Below are positions 23,057 to 34,009 of a DNA stretch of 64,000 nt, piece by piece. A program made the translations under genes and the position numbers. The notes beneath the pieces were generated by a model that saw only the letters and a list, made by a program, of their open reading frames with translations, had not been told where the DNA came from and searched no databases. How positions within the stretch are numbered: the stretch's first letter is position 1; each line of letters starts with the position of its first letter. Source of the DNA: Psilocybe cubensis (taxonomy: Eukaryota); the NCBI GenBank assembly GCA_017499595.2, contig CM039006.1:2666001-2730000 (forward strand). The letters run 5' to 3'.

Positions 23057-25498
23057 TCAAGCAGACCAGCCGCTGCCGCGATTATGATATGACTCGCTGA
23101 AAACCAGTGCACGAGATGGGGAGGACTGGGTACCACATGCAGATCGTGCTTTTTGGGTGGGCCTTCCACTGTTTTCCCACTCGTTGTCTGATACGGCAGG
23201 AGCCTGGGATCGCTTTCCGAGTACCTTGGCAGATGGGCGATATGTCAAATTTGGCAGTTTAGCCGCTGGTGGACTTGAGTATTCCGAATTGGCCTCGCGA
23301 AGGGTTTGAGAAGAGATGTGTGGTACATCCTTTTCAGGAGTGTACTGCTCGACATCCAACGTACCATCTGGACTGAGTGAGTGAGATCGATGGCGAGACA
23401 ATGATTGTTGACGTGCACGAGCTTCAAAACGAGGAGATGCATAACGAGGGTGGGGGGAGCTAGGCTGGTGATACATGGCAGTGCGAGGTTGATGAGAGGG
23501 AGGACTTCGACGAGAAGGGGACTGCCTACGAGACGGAGAGTGATGGTAAGATTGTGGTTGACCTTTTGACTCTGAGTAATGTTGAGATGAAGGTGTTCGT
23601 TGCTGCGGTCGAGATTGGTGGCGACGGGGAGACTGACCACGAGGAGTATCATGGAAATAATGGCGGGGAGACCGACCACGCAATGTAGCATCATGACGGC
23701 GGGGAGATTGAACATGTTGACGAGGTGAACTGTGGTGGCGGGATGGGGGTACAGGTTGAAGAGTGTGGTGGGACAATTGTGCAGGCACTGCAAGGTGCGG
23801 TACAACCTTCTTACTATCTTTTGAAGACGTACCAGCTTGTCCCAATCCTACAGATCTACCTCCCTTGCCTTGACCTGAACCTCCTGCTTCCTTGCCCCCC
23901 CCTTCTGTAGTAGATGCAGCTGCCTGAGCCTTGCGTGCTTTTCTGGCACGTCGTTGTTCCGCAATTGTATCATAGGTCGATGGGCCATCCAGATTGTCTT
24001 TAGTTTTCGCTGAGCGAGGGTCCTTGTTCAGGACCTTCCTGTAACGTGGTTCAAAGATCAACAATCTTGCGCAGCATGCGAAAAAGGACTTACGCATTCC
24101 ACCATTCTATAGTGTCCATTGACCATTCCGAGTCCCCGTCGTCCTTTTTATCTGGTTCAAACAGCGAGATGATGTATTTATAAAATTCATGACGATCAAA
24201 AACGTTGTCTTCAATACGCCAGTCTTCGATGCTTGAGATAGAGTAACGGATCTAGGCGGTGTAGATGAGCACAGTGTGAAAAATAAAGTTCAGACCCTTA
24301 CCAGCAGACAGGCATACGCAATTGAGGCTGGGGTGACTGTTTTCATGTGATGTATCTTGGCTTGGGAACTTCGTGTTTTGGTTTGGCCGGGCTTATCTTT
24401 AAGAGCCGACGAGGGCGAGGTAAAAATGTGCTTCCAAACCTGGTGGGAGCATTAGAAGCAATCATTTAATGTACTAAAACTTACCATGACTATGAGTCGT
24501 GTTCGAAACATCTCCGAGTCCCAATCCTCAGGATCAAATTTGTCTGATTCCCACAGAAAGGTGGGAAGGTCCTTTGCGAGAACATGGATTACATCTTTGT
24601 CAAGCTTGCACATAAATCTAAAAGTGAAGGGCCGTGCATATAGTTAGCATTACACCCTTACCAAGACATGGCCAACGTATTACTTACTCCGTAGGATTGT
24701 CATCAAAATCCTTGAGATACTTCATCGGGCACAAAAGACGAGCCAAAACCTTGTTCTTGAATCCACGCGATTCCGATTTGGTGGATGTTGCACTAATTTC
24801 GACCTTGTTGGCTGGCGAACACTCATTGATATACGTAATAATTGTGTTTTGAAGAGTTGAAATGTCCTCGGACCTGGCTGCCCCAGATGCAGCAATCATC
24901 TAGAATCCAACCATAGAACACTATAGTAAGACAGTTAAGATGAATGCAAATGAAAGGTACTTACTGCCTTGGCCAGATCGTCCTTTCGGTCAACATTCTT
25001 CGGGGATATAAAGTAGAATAGGTCTGATTCAAAACATTTGATACCAGCGATCATGTCAGCAAAAACAATGAGCTCATTTCTGTATTGATTTTCAAAGCTA
25101 CAAGGGTTATATGAGTAGATATATGCGCATATATTATCTGTTACAACTCACTTTTTTATATCGGTATCCCCAAATGAATCTATGTAGTATGAAATACCGC
25201 GGTCCAGAACCTCGTACCAGTTTTCGTAGAGATTTTTGCTCCGGGTATGCCAGCGAGCAAAAGACGTGTACGGTTTGAGAATTGCCCTAAAATTAAGTGA
25301 GCCTTGAGAATAAAGACAAAAGGAAGCGACATGCGCTGATTGCTTTGTTTTCCCTTGACTGTCAAGGGCTTTATTAAGGGCTTGAATGCGTTCCGGGTCT
25401 ATTTGGTGTTGATCCTTGCTCTCTTTGGGGTCGGATTCGCCATCATCGCTGTCGCTTGGGGCAGAAGGAGGAGCTTTGCGCAAAGAAGCAGGAGGCAT
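23057..25498 (-). CDS. Transposon accessory protein, DUF6698-like, with long disordered Ser/Arg/Pro/His-rich C-terminus (spliced)
   Basis: ATG 25498. Motifs RGFKNKVLARLLCP, PTFLW..FDPED, HIFTSPSSA, MKTVTPASIAYA, YSISSIEDW, FDRHEFY, IEWWN match my recollection of DUF6698. 3' end approximate. Confidence 0.7.
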
Positions 25499-27628
25499 GG
25501 TGGGAGGTTGAGTAAAAGAAGATGAGAAAGATGATGCGGGTTGAACACGGTGTTTAGCACACTCACGTGATTGCTGCCCTGGCTCCTTGCGCGACTGCTG
25601 CTTCCCTTTACCACTTGTCAACACAATCCATGCCCTTGCCAACCAGTCAATGAAATCCTTTTACTTCATTTTCCTAGGAGTTATCCTTATGGTGTTTTCA
25701 TGTAGTGGATGCACTGCTCCACCGTTCAAGAATTTGCAAGCCTTAACTGTTCATCGAAGGAATTGCAAAGGAGTGGCCAAAAACTCGCAACAAATTATAG
25801 AAAACTCGGCAAAAGCATTATCCCAAAGGAATAAGCGTCAACGCCTCTCTAATGCTTTAGAAAATGTTCCTGGACCTTCGGTATATTTTATTTGTGACCA
25901 TTTCTTTCCAAAATAAAACTTACACATTCTGTACAGCACGATTCAGAGCCTGAGGCTCCCATTAACATTGATATCACTGGAGAGCCAAATGTACATGATG
26001 CTCCGGACCATCCGGTTATTTCTGCACCAGCATTTGTTCTACCACCTACTCGGAGTGGCTGTGAACGGAAGTTCCCAAAGCAATATGCCGACATGCTACC
26101 GAACTCTTCTACATATTTACCACATCTCCCTCCGGCTCCACCACGGCTACCAAAGGAGCCCTCGAAACGAGCTGAAAAGCTTAGAGCAGCTTCTAGTACC
26201 CCTCCACCAGATCCTAAAGACATGTATCTGCGTAGCGAAATCAATGATTTTGGACTATATCGTGTTTATCCCTCGTTTCCCACCTGCGAAGTCAACGAAT
26301 CTGATGATCTTGACAACTTATGTGATGCACCAGGTCTGGCCACAGCAAGCGGCAAATCAAAAACACGATGGTGGAAGTCATTTGGCATCAATTCCGTGGA
26401 TACAACTTCTCAGAATGTTAGTCTTTTCACGCCATTTATGAACGCCACAATATTTCGTCTGGTCAACTGGTTTTATTCTGGGTCAAACCTCAAGTCGGCT
26501 GGTGAATTGGACCGTCTGGTTAAAGATGTACTCCTGGCCGATGACTTCGACAAAAACCACCTCAAAAACTTTAGTGCCAAACGAGAGTTTAGTCGCCTCG
26601 ATGAAACTGACGCTCAATTCCCTATTTCTTCGAGCAATACCTGGAAAACATCAACTGTCAAGCTCTCTTTACCTGCCGAAAATGTCCCACATTGTGCTGA
26701 ATCAGAGGCTCCTGTTCTGGAGGTTCCAAATGTACACCATCGAAGTCTTGTAGAGGTTATAAAGTCTGCCTTGGAAGACGAGTCGACAAACAATTTTCAT
26801 TATACTCCCTTTTGTCTTTTTTGGCAACCAACCAAGGAAAGCACTCCTGAACGAGTCGTTTCAGAGCTATACAACTCGGAGGCATTCTACGAAGAGCATG
26901 TGCGACTACAGCAGCAACCTCGAGAGCCTGGATGTACTCTAGAGGTTGCCATTGCCGGGCTGATGCTGTGGTCAGACTCGACACACCTTGCACAGTTTGG
27001 AAATGCCTCATTGTGGCCCATTTATCTCTTTTTTGGAAATCAATCGCAATATTTTCGTGCCAAACCCAAAAACTTTGCCGCCCATCATGTCGCCTACATT
27101 CCCTCGGTAAGTAATATATGAACTATGTCAAGATATATTGTTTATCGAGTGTTATAGCTCCCAAATTTCCTGCAGGATATTTATATGAAAGCTTTTAATG
27201 GTCTTGCAGCATCTGCAGCTACAATAACTCACCTCAAGCGTGAGCTCATTCAAGCAATTTGGCTTCTATTGCTCGATCCTGAGTTTATGCACGCGTATGA
27301 ACACGGAATTGTGATCAAATGTAGCGATGGTATAGTTCGGCGGATCTTTCCACGATTTTTTACCTACTCAGCTGACTATCCGGAGAAGTAAGTTCTTCTA
27401 TTCTTGTTAACGTGACAAGATTATTAATTATCTCCAAAAGAATACTTCTCGCGACTATCCGGTACCTTGCAAAATGCCCGTGTCCACGATGCTTGATCCC
27501 AATGTTCCGTATTGGGGATTTGGGAACAAAGGTTGACGACCAGCGACGCCAACACATACGAATTGACACACCATCGCGACAATACACAGTTGAGCAGAGT
27601 CGTAAACACATCTATGAACAAGGGAAGG

Positions 27629-28078
27629 TGTCAGGGTTTCTCCAGTTTTCCCTCTTTATCTTCACAGATTTATCTTATCCTTTCATTATCTTATCAATTA
27701 TCTGATTAGATAGTTTATTTCTTTCATCACAGCCTTCTTGCTCTGCTTCTTTCTAGTAAATTCTATATGATTCTTAGTCTTACTCATCCTTTTTCTATAT
27801 GATGTCACTTTTATTCTTTAACCTTCCTTTATGATATAATGTAGGGAATATTCTAGAATAGCTGTAGAGTATAAATACTGGACTTGTAGGTAGCTGTAGC
27901 TTCAGCTTCAATCTCTTAGGATATCCACTATCATTGGTGTGATCTCTTAGAATCATTGAGTCTCTCTCACTCTCTTATTCTCTCTCTGCTCTCTTACTCT
28001 CCCTCTGCTCTCTTTCTCTCTCTCTTGCTTGATCTTTGTTGGTGGCCTTGTCACACTGATTATAGTGTTGCCCTGACA
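27629..28078 (+). repeat. 5' LTR (450 bp)
   Basis: TGTCAGGG...CCCTGACA termini, TATAAATA at 27870; no difference from 33560-34009 found by eye. Confidence 0.97.
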
Positions 28079-28080
28079 GA

Positions 28081-28091
28081 AGATTGAAGCT
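28081..28091 (+). promoter_or_regulatory. Putative self-priming primer-binding site
   Basis: AGATTGAAGCT is the exact reverse complement of LTR 27904-27914 (AGCTTCAATCT). No tRNA-type TGG PBS is present. Confidence 0.75.
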
Positions 28092-28583
28092 CTCTCAAGA
28101 CAACTCCACCATCTCTCTTTCAACACCACACTCTTCACCTCTTCAACCTCTTCAACATCATCACCTCAACCTTCTTCCTCCACTTCCAACCCACCAACCT
28201 CTTCATCAACCTCTTCACCAATCTTCTTACCAACCTCTACATCTCCTCCAATCTTCAACATCCTCCTCAAGACCTTTCCTCAAGACCTTTCCTCAAGACC
28301 TTTGGCTCATCATCTTTCCTACTCTCTGTTGTGTGCTGTGTGTGAACTTAGTAGATAGGGATACCAACTGTTGGGGCAGACACAGTCCTACTAGTGTTCT
28401 GTTTTTGGTGGTCTAGGAAATATCCAGTAACCCTGTGATCCTAGGTTTAGAGCCCTGAGTGGTGTGACAACTGGGTATCCAGTAGATAGATATTTTTTTT
28501 AGAATACTTAGTATAGTTTCAAGGGCACTTTTAGTAGATAGCTTCTCCCACACACACATCAGAGAGCCTACCTACCCCTACCC

Positions 28584-29681
28584 ATGGACATGGACCCCTC
28601 CCAATTGCCTCCCACCACTCCTTCTGTGGAAGAGCTCATGCATCAGGTCCAGCTCCTTACCCAAGAGTTGAATTTTCTTAGACAGCAGCAGCAGTCATCA
28701 TCCACTCCACCACACCCTCAGCAACCAGTCAGTCAGTCACCATCACCACCACCTGCTGCTCTAGATATTCACTCTTTCCCTACCCCTCATGTTGCCCCTT
28801 CCTGTTCACACTCTGTCATTAAAGTCTCACCTCCAGATCCATTTGATGGTTCTATGGAGAAGGCAGAAAACTTCCTCAGTCAGCTCAAATTATATTTCTA
28901 TGGGAAAGGGATTACAGATGACTTTCAGAAAGTTATTTGTGCTCTATCTCATATGAAAGGAGGTACTGCTGGGAAGTGGGCATATGAGAAGACTAAAGTA
29001 ATAGACAATGCTCAGTCCCAAGAAGGTCTTTGGGCTGACTTTGTTTATGAATTTAGGGAAGTGTTTGCAGATCCAGACCCCTCCAACACAGCTAAGCATA
29101 AAATGCACATGCTCAAGCAAGGCAGGCAGACTGCTGATGAGTATGTTGCTAGCTTCAGGGCTCTGATCTCAGATACTGGGTATAATGATGCTGCTTTGGT
29201 AGACCAATTCAAGGCTGGGCTTAATGAAAATCTCAGGAATGCAGTCTACTATGTTCCTGACATGCCCAAAACCTTGGATGGATGGATTAAATGGAGTACT
29301 AGGCTAGATAGGCAGTGGAGACAGAGTGAGGCCTTTACCAAGTCTCTTTCCTCCTCCTCTTCTTCTCCCTTCCTTAAAGCCCCAACTCCCAAGGCTGTTC
29401 CTAAGCCTACTCCAAATCCTCCAGTCTTTTCCAACAGCAGCTCAAGGACCTTTGGTGCTCAGGCAAAGCAACCAGATGTAGTTCCCATGGAGGTTGACTC
29501 TGGATGGAAGTCAGTTAGGCCAATTGTTTGCTTCAAGTGCAGAAAGCCTGGTCATAAGGCTGTAAACTGCAGGTCATCAGTTAACATCAATGCTATGACC
29601 CATGAAGAACTGGCTGACTACTTTGGGAAATTAATCTTGGAAGGAAAGGAGCAGAAAGATGAGGAAAAGAAAAATTTTTAG
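28584..29681 (+). CDS. gag: Retrotransposon Gag
   Basis: 365 aa; PDPFDG, LKQGRQTADEYVASF, VPMEVD and zinc knuckle CFKCRKPGHKAVNC. Confidence 0.95.
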   Translation: MDMDPSQLPPTTPSVEELMHQVQLLTQELNFLRQQQQSSSTPPHPQQPVSQSPSPPPAALDIHSFPTPHVAPSCSHSVIKVSPPDPFDGSMEKAENFLSQLKLYFYGKGITDDFQKVICALSHMKGGTAGKWAYEKTKVIDNAQSQEGLWADFVYEFREVFADPDPSNTAKHKMHMLKQGRQTADEYVASFRALISDTGYNDAALVDQFKAGLNENLRNAVYYVPDMPKTLDGWIKWSTRLDRQWRQSEAFTKSLSSSSSSPFLKAPTPKAVPKPTPNPPVFSNSSSRTFGAQAKQPDVVPMEVDSGWKSVRPIVCFKCRKPGHKAVNCRSSVNINAMTHEELADYFGKLILEGKEQKDEEKKNF

Positions 29682-32600
29682 AAGCACCATTGGTGAAAGA
29701 CATGTCCCAATGGAATAGATTTAATGTACTAGAAAATGAAATTGACAGATTTGATCCTCAGTCTTCAGATTCTGGTGCAGAAATCATGTCTACTTCTTCC
29801 TCTCTTTCTACCTTCCCTGAAAAGATCTACATCCTCAACCATAATCCTAAAACCTCTACCCATTTGTCTGTCATCTTAAAGACAATGGACACAGAGAAAA
29901 GGTTATCTGTTGATGCTTTGCTTGATTCTGGAGCTACTGGCCTCTTTCTGCATTCTGGTTTTGTGAAGTATCATAATCTCAACACAAGGAAACTTCCTAG
30001 AGCCATTCCAGTCTATAATGTTGATGGTACTCTCAACAAGAGTGGCTCTATCCATGAGGAAGTAGACTTAATTATGGTACACAAGAACCATACAGAAAGG
30101 GCCACCTTTGCTGTTTGTGACTTGGGAGACAAATCTGCTATCATTGGACATACTTGGCTTTGGCACCATAATCCAGATGTTGATTGGAAGACAGGGGATG
30201 TTCAGTTTATTAGATGTCCCTCTGACTGCCAAATGGAAGCCAAAAGAGCCAGAAGAAAGAGGCAGAGAATAGCTGCAGTCAAAAGGAGGAAACTCCCTCA
30301 ATTTGATGAAGAAGGAGATGATTCTATTGAAGATTCTTCTGATTCTGAGATTGAGCCTGAGGACAGAATTTTTATCTCATATCTTCATCCTCAGAAGCAG
30401 TCTATTAATGCTACTTCTACTATGTCTCAAAGATTAGCAGAAGAGTCTCATCAGCAAGCTGATTCCCCTAAGAAAACCTTTGAAGAAACTGTTCCTAAGC
30501 ACTATCATCAATTTAAAGGTGTTTTTTCAAAGGAATCTTTTGATAGGCTACCAGATAGAAAGCCTTGGGATCATGCTATTGAGCTGAAACCTGGTTCTGA
30601 ACCTTACAGATCCAAGATTTATCCTCTTTCTCCTAATGAACAAAAGGAACTTGATGCCTTTTTAGAGGAAAATCTGAAATCTGGCAGGATTAGACCCTCC
30701 AAGTCACCTATGGCCTCCCCTGTATTCTTTGTCAAGAAGAAGGATGGATCTCTTAGGCTTGTCCAGGACTATAGGAAACTAAATGAAATGACCATCAAGA
30801 ACTCCTACCCCCTTCCATTGATTTCTGACATTATCACCAAACTCAGCAAAGCCAAATACTTCACCAAACTTGATGTTAGGTGGGGATTTAACAATGTCAG
30901 AATCAAAAAGGGAGATGAATGGAAAGCAGCCTTTAGAACCAATAGAGGGCTGTTTGAACCATTGGTCATGTTCTTTGGTTTAACCAATAGTCCTGCTACC
31001 TTCCAAACTATGATGAATGATATCTTTATTGAGCTCATTGATGGAAATGTTGTCATTGTCTACATGGATGACATTTTAATTTTCACTGAGACTCTTGATC
31101 ATCATAGAGAGGTAGTCAAGCAAGTTCTGCAAATCCTAGAACAGAACAAACTCTACCTTAAAGCAGAGAAATGTGAATTTGAAAAGGAAAAGATTGAATA
31201 TCTTGGACTAATCATTTCACAAGGCAGGATTGAGATGGATCCTGTCAAGGTAGAGGGAGTTTCTAAATGGCCTGAACCTGAAAATGTCAAGGATGTCCAA
31301 TCATTCTTGGGATTTGTTAATTTTTATAGAAGGTTCATAGAGGATTTTGCAGACATTGCTAAGCCCCTTCATGAATTGACAAAGAAAGGAACAGTCTGGA
31401 GATGGAGTCTTAGACAGCAGGAAGCCTTTGACCAGTTAAAGAAGAAAGTCACTTCTTCACCTGTCTTGATTTTCCCTGATGATAACAAGCCATATAAAGT
31501 TGAAGCAGACAGTTCAGATTATGCTACTGGGGCTGTTTTATCTCAGGAAGGATCAGATGGGAAATGGCATCCTGTAGCCTTTATGTCTAAGAGTCTATCT
31601 GAAGTAGAAAGGAATTATGAGATCCATGACAAAGAGATGCTGGCTATTATCAGAGCACTAGATGAATGGAGACATTATCTTGAAGGAACCCAACATTCCT
31701 TTGAGATTTGGACAGACCACAAAAACTTAGAGTACTTTATGGTTGCCCAAAAGCTCAGCAGAAGGCAAGCCAGATGGTCACTCTTCCTGTCCAGATTTGA
31801 TTTTACTCTTCATCATAGGCCTGGTAAAAGATCTCTTAAGCCAGATGCTTTGTCTAGGAGACCAGATCATAAAAAGGGAGAGAATGATAACCAAAATGTA
31901 GTTCTCCTCAAACCTTCCTACTTTAAAATCCAGGCTCTCAAGCAGGGTCATGCTACCATTACTGGTGCAGAAAATGATCTTCTTAAGAAGATTAGAGAAG
32001 CTAAGGAGATGGATGAAAAGGTGGTCAAGGCAGTTCAGGAGCTCAAGAAATCTTCTACCAAGAAGATTGAAGGACAGGAATGGTCAGAAGAACAAGGCCT
32101 TATTCTCTACAGGGGGAAGGTGTATGTTCCCAAGGACAAAGATCTTAGAAGAAAGATTGTGGAACTGCACCATGATGCCTTCATTGCTGGACATCCAGGG
32201 AAATGGAAGACAATTGAGCTAGTCTCTAGGAATTATTGGTGGCCAGGAATGTCACATTTTATTGCAGCCTATACCAGAGGTTGTGATAGATGCAACAGAA
32301 CCAAAACCTTTCCAGCCAAACCTCTTGGTCTTTTAATTCCTACTGAGATTCCCTCTGATGTCTGGCAATGCATTTCTGTGGACTTTATTATGGGGTTACC
32401 AGAATGTCAAGGGTATAATGCCATTATGGTGGTTGTGGATAGACTTAGTAAAATGATCCACATTATCCCTACTACAGATGAAGTCACTTCTGAAGGGACA
32501 GCCAGACTATACAGAGATTATGTCTGGAAACACCATGGCTTACCCATTAAAATTCTGTGTGATAGAGGTCCACAGTTTGTCTCAAGGTTTATGAAAGAAC

Positions 32601-33559
32601 TCAACTCAATACTTGGTATCCAGACAGCCTCATCTACAGCCTACCATCCCCAAACTGATGGTCAGACTGAAAGGGTTAACCAAGAAATTGAGCAGTATCT
32701 TAGACTCTTCATAAATCATAGACAAGATGATTGGGTTGAATGGTTAGCTCTGGCTGAATTCTCTTATAACAACAGAGTTCAGGCTTCAACTAGGCAGACA
32801 CCATTCATGCTCAATAATGGCAGACATCCCAGAATGGGCACTGAACCCCTTAGAGATAGTAAAATGGACACTGTGGATACCTTTGTGAAAAATATGGAAG
32901 AAGCCAGAAAAGAAGCAGAGTCTGCACTTAGAAAAGCTGCTGATGATATGGCTAAATTCTATAATAGACACAGAGGTACTCCAACTCAGTACAAAGTTGG
33001 GGATTTGGTATGGTTGGATGGCAAGGACCTCAAAACTGATAGGCCCTCCAAGAAATTGGATGATAAAAGATATGGGCCTTACAAAATTACCAAAGTTATT
33101 AGCCCTAATGCCTATGAGCTTAAGCTGCCATCCACCATGAAAATCCATCCAGTGTTCAATGTGGTTAAACTTCTACCTTATCACCCAGATATTGTAGGAA
33201 GAAAGCCACCTTCTAGACCACCTCCAGTCATTCAAGGAGAAAATCCTGAGTGGGAAGTTGAATTTATCAAGGACAGCAGACTTTTTAGAAACAAACTTCA
33301 ATATTTGGTCAAGTGGAAAAACTATCCTAATGAAGAATGCACTTGGGAGCCTGCAGAGCATTTGAAAAATGCTTCTAAGGCTATCAAGGACTTCCATGCC
33401 AAACACCCTTCAGCACCTAGAAGGATTTCTGCTGTGACCTTTGATAGACTTTCTTTCACTCCTATTATTAACTTTACTGAACCTCCTCCCCTTCTTAAAC
33501 CCTCTAAACTAACCCATCCATGTGCACATTGTGGAAAATGTGCCTTAGAGAGGGGGTGA
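29672..33559 (+). CDS. pol: Retrotransposon Pol (protease, RT, RNase H, integrase, chromodomain), in the -1 frame relative to gag
   Basis: LLDSGAT, YPLP, YMDDIL, DSSDYATGAVL, H-H-C-C zinc finger, DDE core (SVDF, DRGPQF, GQTERVNQ), GPY motif, chromodomain (WEVEFI...YLVKWKNYPNEECTWEP). No internal stop over 1289 aa. Confidence 0.96.
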   Translation, partial: KFLEAPLVKDMSQWNRFNVLENEIDRFDPQSSDSGAEIMSTSSSLSTFPEKIYILNHNPKTSTHLSVILKTMDTEKRLSVDALLDSGATGLFLHSGFVKYHNLNTRKLPRAIPVYNVDGTLNKSGSIHEEVDLIMVHKNHTERATFAVCDLGDKSAIIGHTWLWHHNPDVDWKTGDVQFIRCPSDCQMEAKRARRKRQRIAAVKRRKLPQFDEEGDDSIEDSSDSEIEPEDRIFISYLHPQKQSINATSTMSQRLAEESHQQADSPKKTFEETVPKHYHQFKGVFSKESFDRLPDRKPWDHAIELKPGSEPYRSKIYPLSPNEQKELDAFLEENLKSGRIRPSKSPMASPVFFVKKKDGSLRLVQDYRKLNEMTIKNSYPLPLISDIITKLSKAKYFTKLDVRWGFNNVRIKKGDEWKAAFRTNRGLFEPLVMFFGLTNSPATFQTMMNDIFIELIDGNVVIVYMDDILIFTETLDHHREVVKQVLQILEQNKLYLKAEKCEFEKEKIEYLGLIISQGRIEMDPVKVEGVSKWPEPENVKDVQSFLGFVNFYRRFIEDFADIAKPLHELTKKGTVWRWSLRQQEAFDQLKKKVTSSPVLIFPDDNKPYKVEADSSDYATGAVLSQEGSDGKWHPVAFMSKSLSEVERNYEIHDKEMLAIIRALDEWRHYLEGTQHSFEIWTDHKNLEYFMVAQKLSRRQARWSLFLSRFDFTLHHRPGKRSLKPDALSRRPDHKKGENDNQNVVLLKPSYFKIQALKQGHATITGAENDLLKKIREAKEMDEKVVKAVQELKKSSTKKIEGQEWSEEQGLILYRGKVYVPKDKDLRRKIVELHHDAFIAGHPGKWKTIELVSRNYWWPGMSHFIAAYTRGCDRCNRTKTFPAKPLGLLIPTEIPSDVWQCISVDFIMGLPECQGYNAIMVVVDRLSKMIHIIPTTDEVTSEGTARLYRDYVWKHHGLPIKILCDRGPQFVSRFMKELNSILGIQTASSTAYHPQTDGQTERVNQEIEQYLRLFINHRQDDWVEWLALAEFSYNNRVQASTRQTPFMLNNGRHPRMGTEPLRDSKMDTVDTFVKNMEEARKEAESALRKAADDMAKFYNRHRGTPTQYKVGDLVWLDGKDLKTDRPSKKLDDKRYGPYKITKVISPNAYELKLPSTMKIHPVFNVVKLLPYHPDIVGRKPPSRPPPVIQGENPEWEVEFIKDSRLFRNKLQYLVKWKNYPNEECTWEPAEHLKNASKAIKDFHAKHPSAPRRISAVTFDRLSFTPIINFTEPPPLLKPSKLTHPCAHCGKCALERG

Positions 33560-34009
33560 TGTCAGGGTTTCTCCAGTTTTCCCTCTTTATCTTCACAGAT
33601 TTATCTTATCCTTTCATTATCTTATCAATTATCTGATTAGATAGTTTATTTCTTTCATCACAGCCTTCTTGCTCTGCTTCTTTCTAGTAAATTCTATATG
33701 ATTCTTAGTCTTACTCATCCTTTTTCTATATGATGTCACTTTTATTCTTTAACCTTCCTTTATGATATAATGTAGGGAATATTCTAGAATAGCTGTAGAG
33801 TATAAATACTGGACTTGTAGGTAGCTGTAGCTTCAGCTTCAATCTCTTAGGATATCCACTATCATTGGTGTGATCTCTTAGAATCATTGAGTCTCTCTCA
33901 CTCTCTTATTCTCTCTCTGCTCTCTTACTCTCCCTCTGCTCTCTTTCTCTCTCTCTTGCTTGATCTTTGTTGGTGGCCTTGTCACACTGATTATAGTGTT
34001 GCCCTGACA
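33560..34009 (+). repeat. 3' LTR (450 bp)
   Basis: Direct repeat of 27629-28078, followed by TSD GAAGG. Confidence 0.97.

Larger units (their letters stand above)
27629..34009 (+). mobile_element. Full-length Ty3/Gypsy chromovirus LTR retrotransposon
   Basis: Two 450-bp LTRs, 5-bp TSD GAAGG (27624-27628 and 34010-34014), intact gag and pol, polypurine tract AGAGAGGGGG before the 3' LTR. Confidence 0.97.

Noticed and set aside
28063..28072. TAGTGTTGCC near the LTR 3' end equals the first 10 nt of the outer MITE TIR
   Set aside because: Only 10 bp with no further similarity; compatible with chance.
27629..34009. CpG loss as RIP-like inactivation of this particular copy
   Set aside because: Mutating one copy in place should leave stops and LTR differences; the ORFs are intact and the LTRs look identical, so the depletion predates this insertion.
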